Shown here: in pieces, positions 20,637 through 30,302 of the stretch
How positions within the stretch are numbered: position 1 is the stretch's first letter
How the letters are laid out: every line of letters begins with the position of its first letter
Assembly: GCA_965662235.1 (NCBI GenBank)
Contig: CBFIGY010000008.1
Location: forward strand, 1 to 64,000
Reading direction: 5' to 3'
From: an uncultured bacterium
GTDB lineage: Bacteria; SAR324; NAC60-12
DNA: 64,000 nucleotides
Translations under genes and position numbers: made by a program
Notes under the pieces: generated by a model
Databases searched by the model: none
Told to the model about the DNA's origin: nothing
What the model saw: the letters and a program-made list of their open reading frames with translations, nothing else

Positions 20637-21665
20637 TTAGCGGATCGGCGGAGCGTAGATGAGCCCGCCCTTCGTCCAAAGAGCGTTCACGCTTCCATCA
20701 CGAGTCAGCTGCAGCGGCGTGTTGGCGCCGACGTTGCGCTCGTACATTTCACCGTAGTTGCCCACCTGCTTGATCATGTTGTAGGCCCAGTCTGCAGACA
20801 CGCCGACGGACTCATTCAGGTCGCCTTCGGTGCCGAGCAGGCGCTTCACCGACGGATTGTCGCTGCTGCGCATCTGGTCTGCGTTAGCGGACGTCACACC
20901 GAGCTCTTCTGCGTTGATCAGAGCATTCAGGGTCCAGCGTGCCAGGTCGGCCCACTGCGGGTCGTCTTGACGGACCACGGGTCCGAGCGGCTCCTTGGAG
21001 ATGATCTCCGGAAGGACCATGTGCTCGTCTGGGCTGGTCAGCTTGGTGCGCTGAGCGGCCAGTCCGGAACGGTCGGTGGTGTAGACGTCGCAGCGTCCGG
21101 CGTCGTATGCACCCACCACTTCGTCAGCCTTTTCAAAGGCCACCAGCTCAAACTGCATGTTGTTGGAGCGGAAGAAGTCGGTCAGGTTCAGCTCGGTCGT
21201 CGTACCCGTGTTGGTGCAGGCCGAGGCGCCGTCGAGTTCCTTCGCGCTCTTCACACCGAGGCTCTTGCGGACCATGAAGCCCTGGCCGTCGTAGTAGTTC
21301 ACGCCCACGAATTCCAGACCCAGCGTCGCGTCACGCTGCATGGTCCAAGTGGTGTTCCGTGCCAGCACGTCCACCTCTCCGGAGCGCAGGGCTTCAAAGC
21401 GAGCCTTGGCAGAGAGCGGGGTGAACTTCACCTTGGAGGCATCGGCGAACACGGCAGCAGCCATTGCGCGGCAGAAGTCGACATCGAGTCCAGACCAGTT
21501 GCCTTGGTCATCCGGATTGGAGAAGCCTGGCAGACCCTGGCTCACTCCGCACTGAATGAAGCCCTTCGCCTTCACAGCACCCAGGGTGCCAGAGGTGTGG
21601 CCGCCTGCTAGGGCGACACCACCCAGCAAGGCTACGGAAATGAAGGACATGAATAATTTTTTCAT
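20637..21665 (-). CDS. aapJ: general L-amino acid ABC transporter substrate-binding protein
   Basis: GAGGAG RBS then MKKLF signal peptide; GLDVDFCRA; RNTTWT; YYDGQGF; ISKEPLGP; VGNYGE. Confidence 0.94.
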   Translation of the reverse strand: MKKLFMSFISVALLGGVALAGGHTSGTLGAVKAKGFIQCGVSQGLPGFSNPDDQGNWSGLDVDFCRAMAAAVFADASKVKFTPLSAKARFEALRSGEVDVLARNTTWTMQRDATLGLEFVGVNYYDGQGFMVRKSLGVKSAKELDGASACTNTGTTTELNLTDFFRSNNMQFELVAFEKADEVVGAYDAGRCDVYTTDRSGLAAQRTKLTSPDEHMVLPEIISKEPLGPVVRQDDPQWADLARWTLNALINAEELGVTSANADQMRSSDNPSVKRLLGTEGDLNESVGVSADWAYNMIKQVGNYGEMYERNVGANTPLQLTRDGSVNALWTKGGLIYAPPIR

Positions 21666-21850
21666 TACGTCTCTCCTCGTAGAGTTGATAGTAGGACAAA
21701 TGCCCAATCTTAATTGAAAAAGGCTCTTCAATTGAGCCCTGCTTCCGGGCTGAAGTCAAGGTTTGAACGAAAAAAATAAAATCGCCCAAGCCTCTGGAAG
21801 CCTTACCATTCCTGAATTGTCAGTTTTGTAGAAATTATTGGAATGGAATG

Positions 21851-24013
21851 TCATTTTTTACGCAAATCACATTTAAAGTGCTGATTCATTGCTTGACGAC
21901 GATGACGTTCCTTTTCGGGGAGATTGGCGGAAGACCAGGCGGTCGGAGTGATCCAGGGAAGGGGAAGGAGGGCTGAATTGAGGGCTTCTTCTTCTGCCGG
22001 CGTGAGGTCCCAAAACGGCTGGTCCCGCTCCAGACCATCGGCTTCGCGGAGGCGCTGGACCTTCCAGCCGAGGAAGCGCCAACCCGATGTTGGTTCCGGA
22101 CGGAACAGCAGGCGCAGGAGAAAAAATCGGGAGGAACCCGCCAGCTGAGCCCCAAGCTGCAGCACCTGCTCTTCCGCCGCCACAGGCTCTTGCTCCTGAG
22201 GGGGCAGCACCAGCGTGACGTTTCCATGGGTTTTTACGTCCGGAAGCCGCACGGGCGGCGCTTCTGCAGCGACCTGAGGGAGGGGAAGCACTTCTTGGGT
22301 GCGGAGGTCCAGAGCCGTGTCGGCATCCGGAGGAAGGTCGTCGGCGAGCAGGCGCACGATCTCCAGCACGTCCTCAACGCGGCGGTTCAGCTGTCTGGAG
22401 AGGGGCTTCCAGGGGAGCTGAGCCCGTTCGGGTCCCAGGGCCTTGAGCCAGTCCATCACCTCCTGACGGGTTTGAGCCAAGACGAAACAGGAGCGCGGCT
22501 CTGGAAAAAAGTGATGGTGCACAACCTCAAACACCTGTCCGCTGCCGACCTGCCACACCGGACGCCAGCCAAGGCCGTGCTCCCGCAGCCACCGCCGGAG
22601 GGGACGATGGAGGGCCCAGCGGTCGTAAACGGGCTGGGCCCGGGCCACCAGTTCCGGACGGCGTGGCTTGAGTCCAGGCGTCAGGTCCTGCGGCCACGGA
22701 AGAAACAGGTCGGGCACCTGAAAGCCGGCCAGCGTTTGACGCAGGGCGTGAACCCACTGGTTGGGAGCCCACGCTGAAGCGGGCACTTCCACAAAGGCGA
22801 TCGGGCGCGCTCCAAATTCCTCATCCTCGACTGGAACGACCAAGGCCTGAACCACCTCCGGGAGCTCCAGGAGGGCACGTTCCACCGTTTCTGGATGCAC
22901 GTTCTCACCGCCGGAAATGAACATGGCATCGCGTCGCCCCCGGACTTCCAGCACTCCGTTTTCCAAGCGTCCCAGGTCTCCGGTCCGGAACCAGCCCTCT
23001 GCATCAAACGGCTTCCGTAAGCCGTCCTGCTGCTGATACCCCAGGAATCGAGTCTTGCCCCGGACGGCAATCTCACCGGTTCCATCAGAGGCAGGTTCCA
23101 CAATCTGCAGCTCTCGTTCGGGCAGCAGTGTCGCGGCCACTCGCCACTGCCCATGACGCTGTTCCAGAGGCCCTGTCGCAATCTGAGAGGCCATTTCTGT
23201 GCTGCCGTAGCTGGCCTGCACCGGAAGCTCCAACTCGCCGCAGCGCCTCAGCAACGATGGCGCAATTCCAGCCCCGCCGATGAGGATCAGCTTCAGCGAA
23301 CGCAGCACGTCCACTCCCTCCGGAGTGCCGAGGAGGCGCTGCAGCTGCGTGGGGACCAGTGAAACGTGGGTGATGCGCTGCTTCCGGAGGGCCTCAGCAA
23401 GCTCCTTGCCCCGAGGCAGCACCATTGTTGCTCCTGCCAGCAGCGTCCGGAACACGATCGACAGGCCTCCGACGTGAAAGAGGGGCAGGGACAGCAGCCA
23501 GCGGTCTCCGGCGCTCAGTGGCATAACGGCGTTGGCCCCGGAGGCGTTCCAGAGGAAGTTGCCCAGCGACAGCACCGCGGCTTTGGGAGTGCCGGAGCTT
23601 CCGGACGTAAAAACCACCGTTGCGGGCCGTTCGAGGTTCAGCTCAGGAAGCTGGGCATGCGTGGAAGCTGGGAGCAGAGCTTCCTCCTGAACCGCAAGGC
23701 TCCGGTTGGCACGGATCTGCTGCTGTAGCTCCTGTTGCCGGGACTTGGGGAAAGCGGGGTTGAGAGGGGCGACGAGGGAGCCATGCAGCCACGCGGCAAG
23801 CAGCATCCGGAGGGTGGGAACCGGTGTTCCGGTCACCAGTGTCACACGCTCGTCAGCAGACAGGTTCCATTCGCGACCGAGGGCGTCGGCTTGCTGCAGG
23901 AAGTCTTGAAACGACCAGGCGCCGTCCGGGCCCTCAAGCCAACAGACGGAGGAGGTGCTGGCCTGATGCCAGAGGTCGCTTGTTGGAGAGAGGGGAAAGG
24001 GCATGAGGGCCAC
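21851..24013 (-). CDS. menE: o-succinylbenzoate--CoA ligase (MenE-like) with about 260-aa unassigned C-terminal extension
   Basis: FTSGSSGTPKAA; WLLSLPLFHVGG; YGSTEMASQ; GRRDAMFISGGENVHPE. 720 aa versus about 450-480 aa usual. Confidence 0.8.
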   Translation of the reverse strand: MALMPFPLSPTSDLWHQASTSSVCWLEGPDGAWSFQDFLQQADALGREWNLSADERVTLVTGTPVPTLRMLLAAWLHGSLVAPLNPAFPKSRQQELQQQIRANRSLAVQEEALLPASTHAQLPELNLERPATVVFTSGSSGTPKAAVLSLGNFLWNASGANAVMPLSAGDRWLLSLPLFHVGGLSIVFRTLLAGATMVLPRGKELAEALRKQRITHVSLVPTQLQRLLGTPEGVDVLRSLKLILIGGAGIAPSLLRRCGELELPVQASYGSTEMASQIATGPLEQRHGQWRVAATLLPERELQIVEPASDGTGEIAVRGKTRFLGYQQQDGLRKPFDAEGWFRTGDLGRLENGVLEVRGRRDAMFISGGENVHPETVERALLELPEVVQALVVPVEDEEFGARPIAFVEVPASAWAPNQWVHALRQTLAGFQVPDLFLPWPQDLTPGLKPRRPELVARAQPVYDRWALHRPLRRWLREHGLGWRPVWQVGSGQVFEVVHHHFFPEPRSCFVLAQTRQEVMDWLKALGPERAQLPWKPLSRQLNRRVEDVLEIVRLLADDLPPDADTALDLRTQEVLPLPQVAAEAPPVRLPDVKTHGNVTLVLPPQEQEPVAAEEQVLQLGAQLAGSSRFFLLRLLFRPEPTSGWRFLGWKVQRLREADGLERDQPFWDLTPAEEEALNSALLPLPWITPTAWSSANLPEKERHRRQAMNQHFKCDLRKK

Positions 24014-24025
24014 AGAAGAGAGGGC

Positions 24026-25825
24026 TCAGTCGTTGCCCATGCCGACGGATTCCAGCACTTCGCCGGGTTGACTGGCCAGGTTTGGAGCCGGGGAGGAGAC
24101 CTCGGGCTTGGGAAGCACGTTGTGGAGCAAGAGGGTTCGCTGCGCAATCTCCCGGAACGCTGGAGCTGCGGCCTTGCTGCCGTAGTGCTGGGACTTTTCA
24201 GGCTCCTCAATCACCACCAGAATCGTTGCCAGCGGCGACTGGGCGGGAACAAACCCGACGAACGACGCCCAGAAGCGGTCCTTCGAGTACTCCTTGAGCT
24301 TGGTGTCAAAAATTTGACTGGTCCCGGTTTTTCCTGCGACGTCGTACCCCGGAATGGAAGCGTTGGGCGCCGTTCCTCCGGGTTGTGTCACCAGGACCAT
24401 CGCATCCGTGATCGACTTGGCCACGGCTGCAGAAACAACCTGATGCCGCTCTCCGGGTCCAAAGTGATACGTCTCTCGTTTGTAGGTCAGGTCCTTCACC
24501 GACTCCCCTTCTAGGTTCTGGACGTGTGCGACGATGTGTGGCTGCACCCATTCCCCTTGGTTGGCGATGGCGTTGACCGCCGTTGCAATCTGCAGGGCAG
24601 ACGTGGTCACGCCCTGTCCGAAGGTAATGTTGGCGTGGTCCACCTCGGTCCAGCTTTCAGGCGCATTGAGGAGCCCTGGGGCCTCTCCCGGGAGCCCAGA
24701 GTTCGGTCGCTGTCCCAAACCAAAACTCCGGAGGTACTCATAGAGGCGTTGCTTCGGGAGGAGCATGCCGATCTTCGCGGCACAGATGTTTGAGGACTTC
24801 TGTAGCACCTCCGGAACCGTCAGGACGCCGTGGGGGGTGCTGTCATTGATGATGCGGTCTCCCACCCGGAACTTCCCGTTTTCGCAGAAAAACTGCTGTG
24901 TCGGTTGCACCACCCCTTCGTTCAGAGCCGCTGCCAGCGTGACGACCTTGAGGGTGGAACCCGGGTCGTAGCCCAGGGTGACGAGGGGGTTGAGGTGAAA
25001 GCGTCGGTCGTACTCGGAATAGCGGTTGGGGTCGAATCCGGGATACGTTGCCATGGCCCAGACCGCGCCTGTGCGGGGTTCGAGCACCACCGCCGAGCCG
25101 CGCTTGGCCCCGGTGGAGAGCACGCTCTTGCGGAGCGCCTGTTCGGCGATGTGCTGAATGCGACTGTCCAGGGTCAGCTGCAGGTCATACTCCTCGGGCT
25201 GCACCGGCTCGCGCATGGGCAGGGAGCGGCGTTGGGCGTCTGCCTCCACCACATACGTCACCTCTTCTCCGGCAAGGAGCTTCTGGTACTTTGCCTCCAG
25301 TCCCTCCAGTCCCTGAATGTCAATGCCGGTGTAGCCCAAGACCGCACCTGCCAGGTTGCCGTTCGGGTAAATCCGCCGGTACTCCTGCTGAAAGAAGATG
25401 CCGTCTAGGTTCAACGCCGCAACCTTCTGGGCGCGGTCCGGATTCATTTGCCGGTTGAGCCACACAAAGGACCGCGAGGAACTGAGCTTGCGCTGCAGGT
25501 CGGCTAGGGAACCGTCCACAAACGGCGCCAGCCGGCGGGCGGTTTCTCGTGGAGACTTGATGGAAGAGGGGTCGGCATAAAGAGAAGGCACCGGAACCGA
25601 CACCGCCAGAAAACGCCCGTTGCGGTCGAGGATCTTCCCTCGACGGGGCTCCAGCTTCACGGTCCGCTGCTGCCGAATCCGGGCCTGTTCCACAAAGTAG
25701 TCTCCCCGCCAGACCTGGAGGTAGAACACGCGTCCCAAAATGGTGAGGAACCCGAAGCTCAGCAGAGACATCAGCACCAGGAGCCGCAGGTTGAAGCTAT
25801 AGACTTTGATGCGAAGCTTATTCAC
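24026..25825 (-). CDS. ftsI: peptidoglycan transpeptidase FtsI (PBP3)
   Basis: N-terminal TM; RGKILDRNG; SxxK (GSTLK); SxN (SSN); KTG; follows ftsL. Confidence 0.9.
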   Translation of the reverse strand: MNKLRIKVYSFNLRLLVLMSLLSFGFLTILGRVFYLQVWRGDYFVEQARIRQQRTVKLEPRRGKILDRNGRFLAVSVPVPSLYADPSSIKSPRETARRLAPFVDGSLADLQRKLSSSRSFVWLNRQMNPDRAQKVAALNLDGIFFQQEYRRIYPNGNLAGAVLGYTGIDIQGLEGLEAKYQKLLAGEEVTYVVEADAQRRSLPMREPVQPEEYDLQLTLDSRIQHIAEQALRKSVLSTGAKRGSAVVLEPRTGAVWAMATYPGFDPNRYSEYDRRFHLNPLVTLGYDPGSTLKVVTLAAALNEGVVQPTQQFFCENGKFRVGDRIINDSTPHGVLTVPEVLQKSSNICAAKIGMLLPKQRLYEYLRSFGLGQRPNSGLPGEAPGLLNAPESWTEVDHANITFGQGVTTSALQIATAVNAIANQGEWVQPHIVAHVQNLEGESVKDLTYKRETYHFGPGERHQVVSAAVAKSITDAMVLVTQPGGTAPNASIPGYDVAGKTGTSQIFDTKLKEYSKDRFWASFVGFVPAQSPLATILVVIEEPEKSQHYGSKAAAPAFREIAQRTLLLHNVLPKPEVSSPAPNLASQPGEVLESVGMGND

Positions 25826-26180
25826 CGGAAACGATTTCTTCTAAGTAAGCAAACTGGTCCAGTTTCGGTGGAGAAAGATTCAGGTGCTTGGAGGCAATCT
25901 CGTTGAGCCGTTGTGGGCGGGTGAGGAACTGCACCTCCACTTCCAGCAGGTCGAGGTCCTCCTTCAGCTGCGCCCGCTGCCGTTCGAGGCTTTGCACTTC
26001 ATGGGCAATTTCGCGATAATTAGCCCACTGCCACAGGTACCCCACGCATCCGGCAGTGATGAGGATCGACATCAGCACCACAATCTGGACGGACTGAACC
26101 GCATTCCAGCAGAAGCGGGGAACGAGCTTCCACCGGAACTGATGCTTGAGGACCTTGGGGCGTTGCGAAAAAGCGTTCAT
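25818..26180 (-). CDS. ftsL: cell division protein FtsL
   Basis: Single TM, leucine-zipper coiled coil and LTRPQRLNEIASKHLNL; overlaps the ftsI start. Start codon uncertain. Confidence 0.75.
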   Translation of the reverse strand: MNAFSQRPKVLKHQFRWKLVPRFCWNAVQSVQIVVLMSILITAGCVGYLWQWANYREIAHEVQSLERQRAQLKEDLDLLEVEVQFLTRPQRLNEIASKHLNLSPPKLDQFAYLEEIVSGE

Positions 26181-26194
26181 GAGCTCAGATCAAA

Positions 26195-27217
26195 ATGACA
26201 GCAGTGAAGCAACCAGGGGGTCAGGCACCGGATCCTGACGCTCAGTCTTCAACTCTTGCACAATCCATCCCAAACACAAGGGACGGTCTTGGGTTTTCGC
26301 CTCCGTTCCTGGTCGTCCTGGCGGGACCGACTGCCAGCGGAAAGACCGATCTGTCGCTGTGGCTTGCCGAGCAGCTCAACGGGGAAATCCTCTGCACCGA
26401 CTCCATGCAGGTCTACCGCCGGTTGAACATCGGCACCGCCAAACCAACCCCTGCGGAACAGGCTCAGGTGCCTCACCACCTGCTGGACCGGGTGGATCCC
26501 GATGAAGCTTACTCCGCCGGACGTTACGAACGCGAGGCGCTGGAAGCGTTGCAGGACCTGAGCCGTCGCGGCAAAACCCCGATCCTAGTGGGTGGCACCG
26601 GACTCTACTACCGGGCGCTGATGTACGGCCTCAGTGACATGCCGACCATTCCCTCCCAAACGCGGGAGCAGGTGGCTGCCTGGCACACCGCTGAAGGAAC
26701 CGAGGGCTGCTGGGAACGCTTGGCAGAGCTGGATCCTCCGAGTGCCAAGGCCCTACACCAGCGGGACACGGCTCGGGTGCTCCGGGCGCTCGAGGTGGTG
26801 CTGGCATCCGGACGATCCATCCGTTCGTTTCGACAGGCTCAGCCGTTTGAGCAACCTCGCTTTCCCTGCTGGGTCGGAGGGCTGCACTTTCCCCGTGAGG
26901 AGCTCTATGCGCGCATCAATGACCGCGTTGAGCAAATGCTCGCTTCCGGGTGGGTGGAAGAGGTTCAGCAACTGCTCCAGGACTACCCACCGGACCTCCC
27001 TGCGTTTCGGGCAATCGGCTATGCGGAAGTGACCGCCTACCTGCACCAGACGCTGGACTGGGCCTCCATGGTGACACGGATTCAGCAACGGACCCGTCAG
27101 TACGCCAAACGTCAGCTCACCTGGTTCCGGCGCGACCCCCACTTTCAGTGGCAGGCGCCTCAGGAGCGCGAGGTCCTGCTGGCTGGCATCCGGGCTGCTC
27201 AGGCGGCCGCTGGTTAG
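26195..27217 (+). CDS. miaA: tRNA dimethylallyltransferase
   Basis: GPTASGKT; DSMQVYRRLNIGTAKP; VGGTGLYY; TRQYAKRQLTWF. The true start may lie downstream. Confidence 0.96.
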   Translation: MTAVKQPGGQAPDPDAQSSTLAQSIPNTRDGLGFSPPFLVVLAGPTASGKTDLSLWLAEQLNGEILCTDSMQVYRRLNIGTAKPTPAEQAQVPHHLLDRVDPDEAYSAGRYEREALEALQDLSRRGKTPILVGGTGLYYRALMYGLSDMPTIPSQTREQVAAWHTAEGTEGCWERLAELDPPSAKALHQRDTARVLRALEVVLASGRSIRSFRQAQPFEQPRFPCWVGGLHFPREELYARINDRVEQMLASGWVEEVQQLLQDYPPDLPAFRAIGYAEVTAYLHQTLDWASMVTRIQQRTRQYAKRQLTWFRRDPHFQWQAPQEREVLLAGIRAAQAAAG

Positions 27218-28056
27218 CGTTCCACTTCTGCCGCAGGAACCGGAGGCTCGACCTGCACCACCTCCCAGCGTCGCTCCGGAGTCGCTTGCAGCGTCAGTTG
27301 AGTGGTCACAAACACGCCCGAGTCTTCATTTTCCGGATCTCCAATTCTTACCCGAACATACGAGGGCCCACCGTCTTCCACCCGCAGGTCAAGCTGAAGC
27401 TCCGGGTCCAGCAACTCTGGATGCTCCTGGAGCTGAGCCGCCAGCTCCGGACGGGTCCGGAGCTCCTGCTCCACGGTTTGCAACGCGGCAGTTTTGCGGG
27501 TGCTGGAGGCGTTGAGGTGGAACCAGGACAGCGCAAAGAAGGCGAAGAGGATCATGTTCGCCAGCAGCAGGCGCCGGAGCAGGTGCAGTGGATTCGGAAC
27601 CTCCACCACCACTGTTTCAGCCCAGCGGTCACCCAGCCGTTGGCCGTACCCACGTTTTTTGTAAATGTCCCACAGCAGCCACAGGCCCTCCAGAGGAAAA
27701 ACGAGCAGGCTGAGGTTCCGGTAGAAGGCCGAGAGCACATTGGCTGGTTGGGTGGGATTCTTGGTCTCCCGGACTGCGAGTCCAAACAGAAACTTCCCCA
27801 GCCCTCGCCCCTTCCAAAGGTCCCGGATGAAGAGCAGCATCAGGAGCGGGCCGTAAAGCATCAGGGCTTCCTGTGCAGGCGCCCCCGGAGGGCGAAGGTC
27901 CCAGTGTTCCGGACGGAGGGCCTGCTCAACGGTTCGAAGCAGGAGGAGGAAGAAGAAGATGTCAACAATCAGGGCCAGCAGACGCTTTCCGGGGTCGGCG
28001 ACCCGAAGGCGAGCAGGAGCAGAGGATGAGGAAGCAGGTTCAGACGGTGCGGGCAT
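27214..28056 (-). CDS. RDD family membrane protein with C-terminal extracytoplasmic domain
   Basis: KRLLALIVD (R, D); GLGKFLFGLAV; QRLGDRWAETVVV. Confidence 0.8.
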   Translation of the reverse strand: MPAPSEPASSSSAPARLRVADPGKRLLALIVDIFFFLLLLRTVEQALRPEHWDLRPPGAPAQEALMLYGPLLMLLFIRDLWKGRGLGKFLFGLAVRETKNPTQPANVLSAFYRNLSLLVFPLEGLWLLWDIYKKRGYGQRLGDRWAETVVVEVPNPLHLLRRLLLANMILFAFFALSWFHLNASSTRKTAALQTVEQELRTRPELAAQLQEHPELLDPELQLDLRVEDGGPSYVRVRIGDPENEDSGVFVTTQLTLQATPERRWEVVQVEPPVPAAEVER

Positions 28057-28057
28057 G

Positions 28058-28930
28058 TCAGAGGTGTTGAATCAGAAAGGAGGCCAAAGTGGCCGCGACG
28101 GGTTCCGGATCATCCAGGTGCAGGTGATGCTGTCCGGGCAACACAACGTATTCGATCTTTGAGACCAGCTGGGAGCGGTCCCGGATGAGGTCACGCCAGT
28201 ACTCCAGATTCGTCTGAGCCGCTTCAATGGCCAGCACGGGACACTCAATGGCTGTGACAAACGACCGAACCTGCTCCTCGCTGAAGTAGTGCCGGGACTT
28301 GACACGCAGGGCCGAGTCGGCGCGCCAGGTGAAGCCTTCGTGGCAGCGCTGCACGCCTCGGTTCACCAGGGAGCGGACCGCCGGCTCTGAGATCCCCCCG
28401 ACGCCAAGCCGAGCCTTGACGGCGTCTTCCACGGTGGCATAAACGGGCTTTTGCTTTTCCACTAATCGAGCTTCCTGACGGATGGAGGTTTTCAGGGTGG
28501 TGCAGGCATCTTCCTGTTTGGCGGAAACCGGACCCAAGCCATCAATGAGCAACGCGTGGGTGACCCGCTCCGGAGCCACTGCGGCAACTAGGGTGGCCAG
28601 CGCGGCGCCCATGGAGTGCCCGAGCACGAGAAACTGCTCCCAGCCCAACTGGTCGGCCACCTGAAGGATTTCCGGAACCATGTCCACGAAGTGATATGCG
28701 ATTCCGGGGGGACGGTGTTCGGAGTAGCCGTGTCCGGGAAGGTCGAGGGAGACGACCCGCAGTGGTGGAAGCTCCGGACGCGTTAGCAGCACCGGAAGCA
28801 GGCGCTCGAAGGTGGCCGCGTTGTCCAACCACCCGTGAAAGGCGAGGACGGGGGTGCCGTCTTCTGGCCCCCACGCTTGTGCCGCAAGAGTCAGGTGAGG
28901 AAGAGTGAGGTTGATTTCTTCAGGCGTCAT
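28058..28930 (-). CDS. alpha/beta hydrolase (serine hydrolase-like)
   Basis: HGWLDNAATF; DLPGHG; GHSMG; GQHHLHL. Start at MTPEE. Confidence 0.9.
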   Translation of the reverse strand: MTPEEINLTLPHLTLAAQAWGPEDGTPVLAFHGWLDNAATFERLLPVLLTRPELPPLRVVSLDLPGHGYSEHRPPGIAYHFVDMVPEILQVADQLGWEQFLVLGHSMGAALATLVAAVAPERVTHALLIDGLGPVSAKQEDACTTLKTSIRQEARLVEKQKPVYATVEDAVKARLGVGGISEPAVRSLVNRGVQRCHEGFTWRADSALRVKSRHYFSEEQVRSFVTAIECPVLAIEAAQTNLEYWRDLIRDRSQLVSKIEYVVLPGQHHLHLDDPEPVAATLASFLIQHL

Positions 28931-29708
28931 GCTCGGTTCGTTGCAAAAAGGCCTGAACGGTTTCCCGGAAGGCGTCAGGCTGTTCGGCGTGCAGCCAGTG
29001 TCCGGCTTCTTTGAGCAGCACCATGCGGTTCTGCGTGAAGCGTTCATGGATGGCGCCGTGGTACTCCGGCAGGATGTAGTGGGAGCGGGCGCCCCCGATG
29101 AACAGCGTCGGGCGTGAGTAGAGTCCGGAGAAGGGAAACTCGAGGATGTCTCCCAGCCCCGCGTGCAAGGCGCTCAGGTTGAGGCGCCACCGCCAGATGC
29201 CGTTTTCAGAGACGAGGTTCTTGAGCAAAAAGGCCCGGATGCTCCACTCGGGAACGGCTTCCGCGAGCAGGCGGTCTGCTTCGCTGCGGGTGATGCCGGA
29301 AGCGAGTGGGAGGGCCTGCATGGCTTCAATCAGCTTGCGGTGCTCCGACTGATGCCGGTAGGGCACCGGGGCAATGTCTGCCACCAGCAGGCGCCGGACG
29401 CGTTCGGGGTGCTGCAGTGCCAGGGCCATGGCGGTCTTGCCGCCCATGCTGTGTCCGAGCACCGTCGGCGCGTCTAGGGTGTGAGCGTCTAGGAACGTCC
29501 GGACGTCTTCCGCCAGTTCGCGATAGCTCATTCCCGGAGCATGCGGGGAGAGCCCATGGTTCCGCAGGTCGAGGAGCCAAACCTGGTACTGTTCGGCCAT
29601 GCTCTTGGCAAAGGTCCGCCAGTTTTCCCCGGAACCGAACAGCCCGTGCAGAATCACTAAGGGAGGGCCGGCCCCAAGGGTTTGGTGATGAAGCGCCACC
29701 GCGGTCAT
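28920..29708 (-). CDS. alpha/beta hydrolase, YbfF/ABHD11-like esterase
   Basis: HGLFGSGENW; DLRNHGLSPH; GHSMGGKTAM; DIAP; AGHWLHAEQP. Confidence 0.9.
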   Translation of the reverse strand: MTAVALHHQTLGAGPPLVILHGLFGSGENWRTFAKSMAEQYQVWLLDLRNHGLSPHAPGMSYRELAEDVRTFLDAHTLDAPTVLGHSMGGKTAMALALQHPERVRRLLVADIAPVPYRHQSEHRKLIEAMQALPLASGITRSEADRLLAEAVPEWSIRAFLLKNLVSENGIWRWRLNLSALHAGLGDILEFPFSGLYSRPTLFIGGARSHYILPEYHGAIHERFTQNRMVLLKEAGHWLHAEQPDAFRETVQAFLQRTEHDA

Positions 29709-30193
29709 CGTGAAGGCTCCGGAGTCCACTTTCCATCCAGAAAGTCGAGCAGTCCCGCGGTGCCGTCTTCCAACAGATCGAGCACCTGTTCAAATCCTGC
29801 AGCGCCGCCATAGTAAGGGTCGGGGACAAAACGATTTGAGTGGGTGCGGCAGAAATCGGTCATCATCCGGACCTTGTGTGCCTGCTGGCCGGTTGGGTCG
29901 AGTGAGAGGATGTCGTGGTAGTTCTGCTCGTCCATGGCAAGGATCCAGTCGAACGCCTCCAGGTCGGTGGGCTGCAGCTGCCGGGCACGGCTGGTGAGGG
30001 TGTAGCCGCGTTTGGAAGCGTGCTCCCGCATGCGAGGGTCGGCGCGCTCTCCGGCATGCCAGCCTCCGGTTCCGGCAGAGTCACACAGAAACTCATGCTG
30101 CCGGCCTTCTCGGTCCACCAGCGCCTGCATCAGGCCTTCTGCGGTGGGAGAACGGCAGATGTTTCCCAGGCAAACAAACAGTAATTTGGTCAT
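29705..30193 (-). CDS. low-molecular-weight protein-tyrosine phosphatase
   Basis: FVCLGNICRSPTAE P-loop; DSAGT; VPDPYYGG. Start at MTKLLF. Confidence 0.95.
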   Translation of the reverse strand: MTKLLFVCLGNICRSPTAEGLMQALVDREGRQHEFLCDSAGTGGWHAGERADPRMREHASKRGYTLTSRARQLQPTDLEAFDWILAMDEQNYHDILSLDPTGQQAHKVRMMTDFCRTHSNRFVPDPYYGGAAGFEQVLDLLEDGTAGLLDFLDGKWTPEPSR

Positions 30194-30302
30194 GGGTGTC
30201 TTCCTCTCAAGCTCAATCCAGGCCGGGTTCTTCAAGGCAAGGTACTGAACTTAAACCGTACTTGTGAAACACGCAAAACAGTAATGCCGTGCTCCGGAAA
30301 AC

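Noticed and set aside
27443..27464. 10-bp perfect inverted repeat AGCTCCGGAC/GTCCGGAGCT
   Set aside because: Inside the RDD gene and largely explained by two neighbouring TCCGGA palindromes.
30273..30288. sigma54-like GGCA...TTGC upstream of the phosphatase gene
   Set aside because: GG-to-GC spacing is 12 nt, not the required 10.
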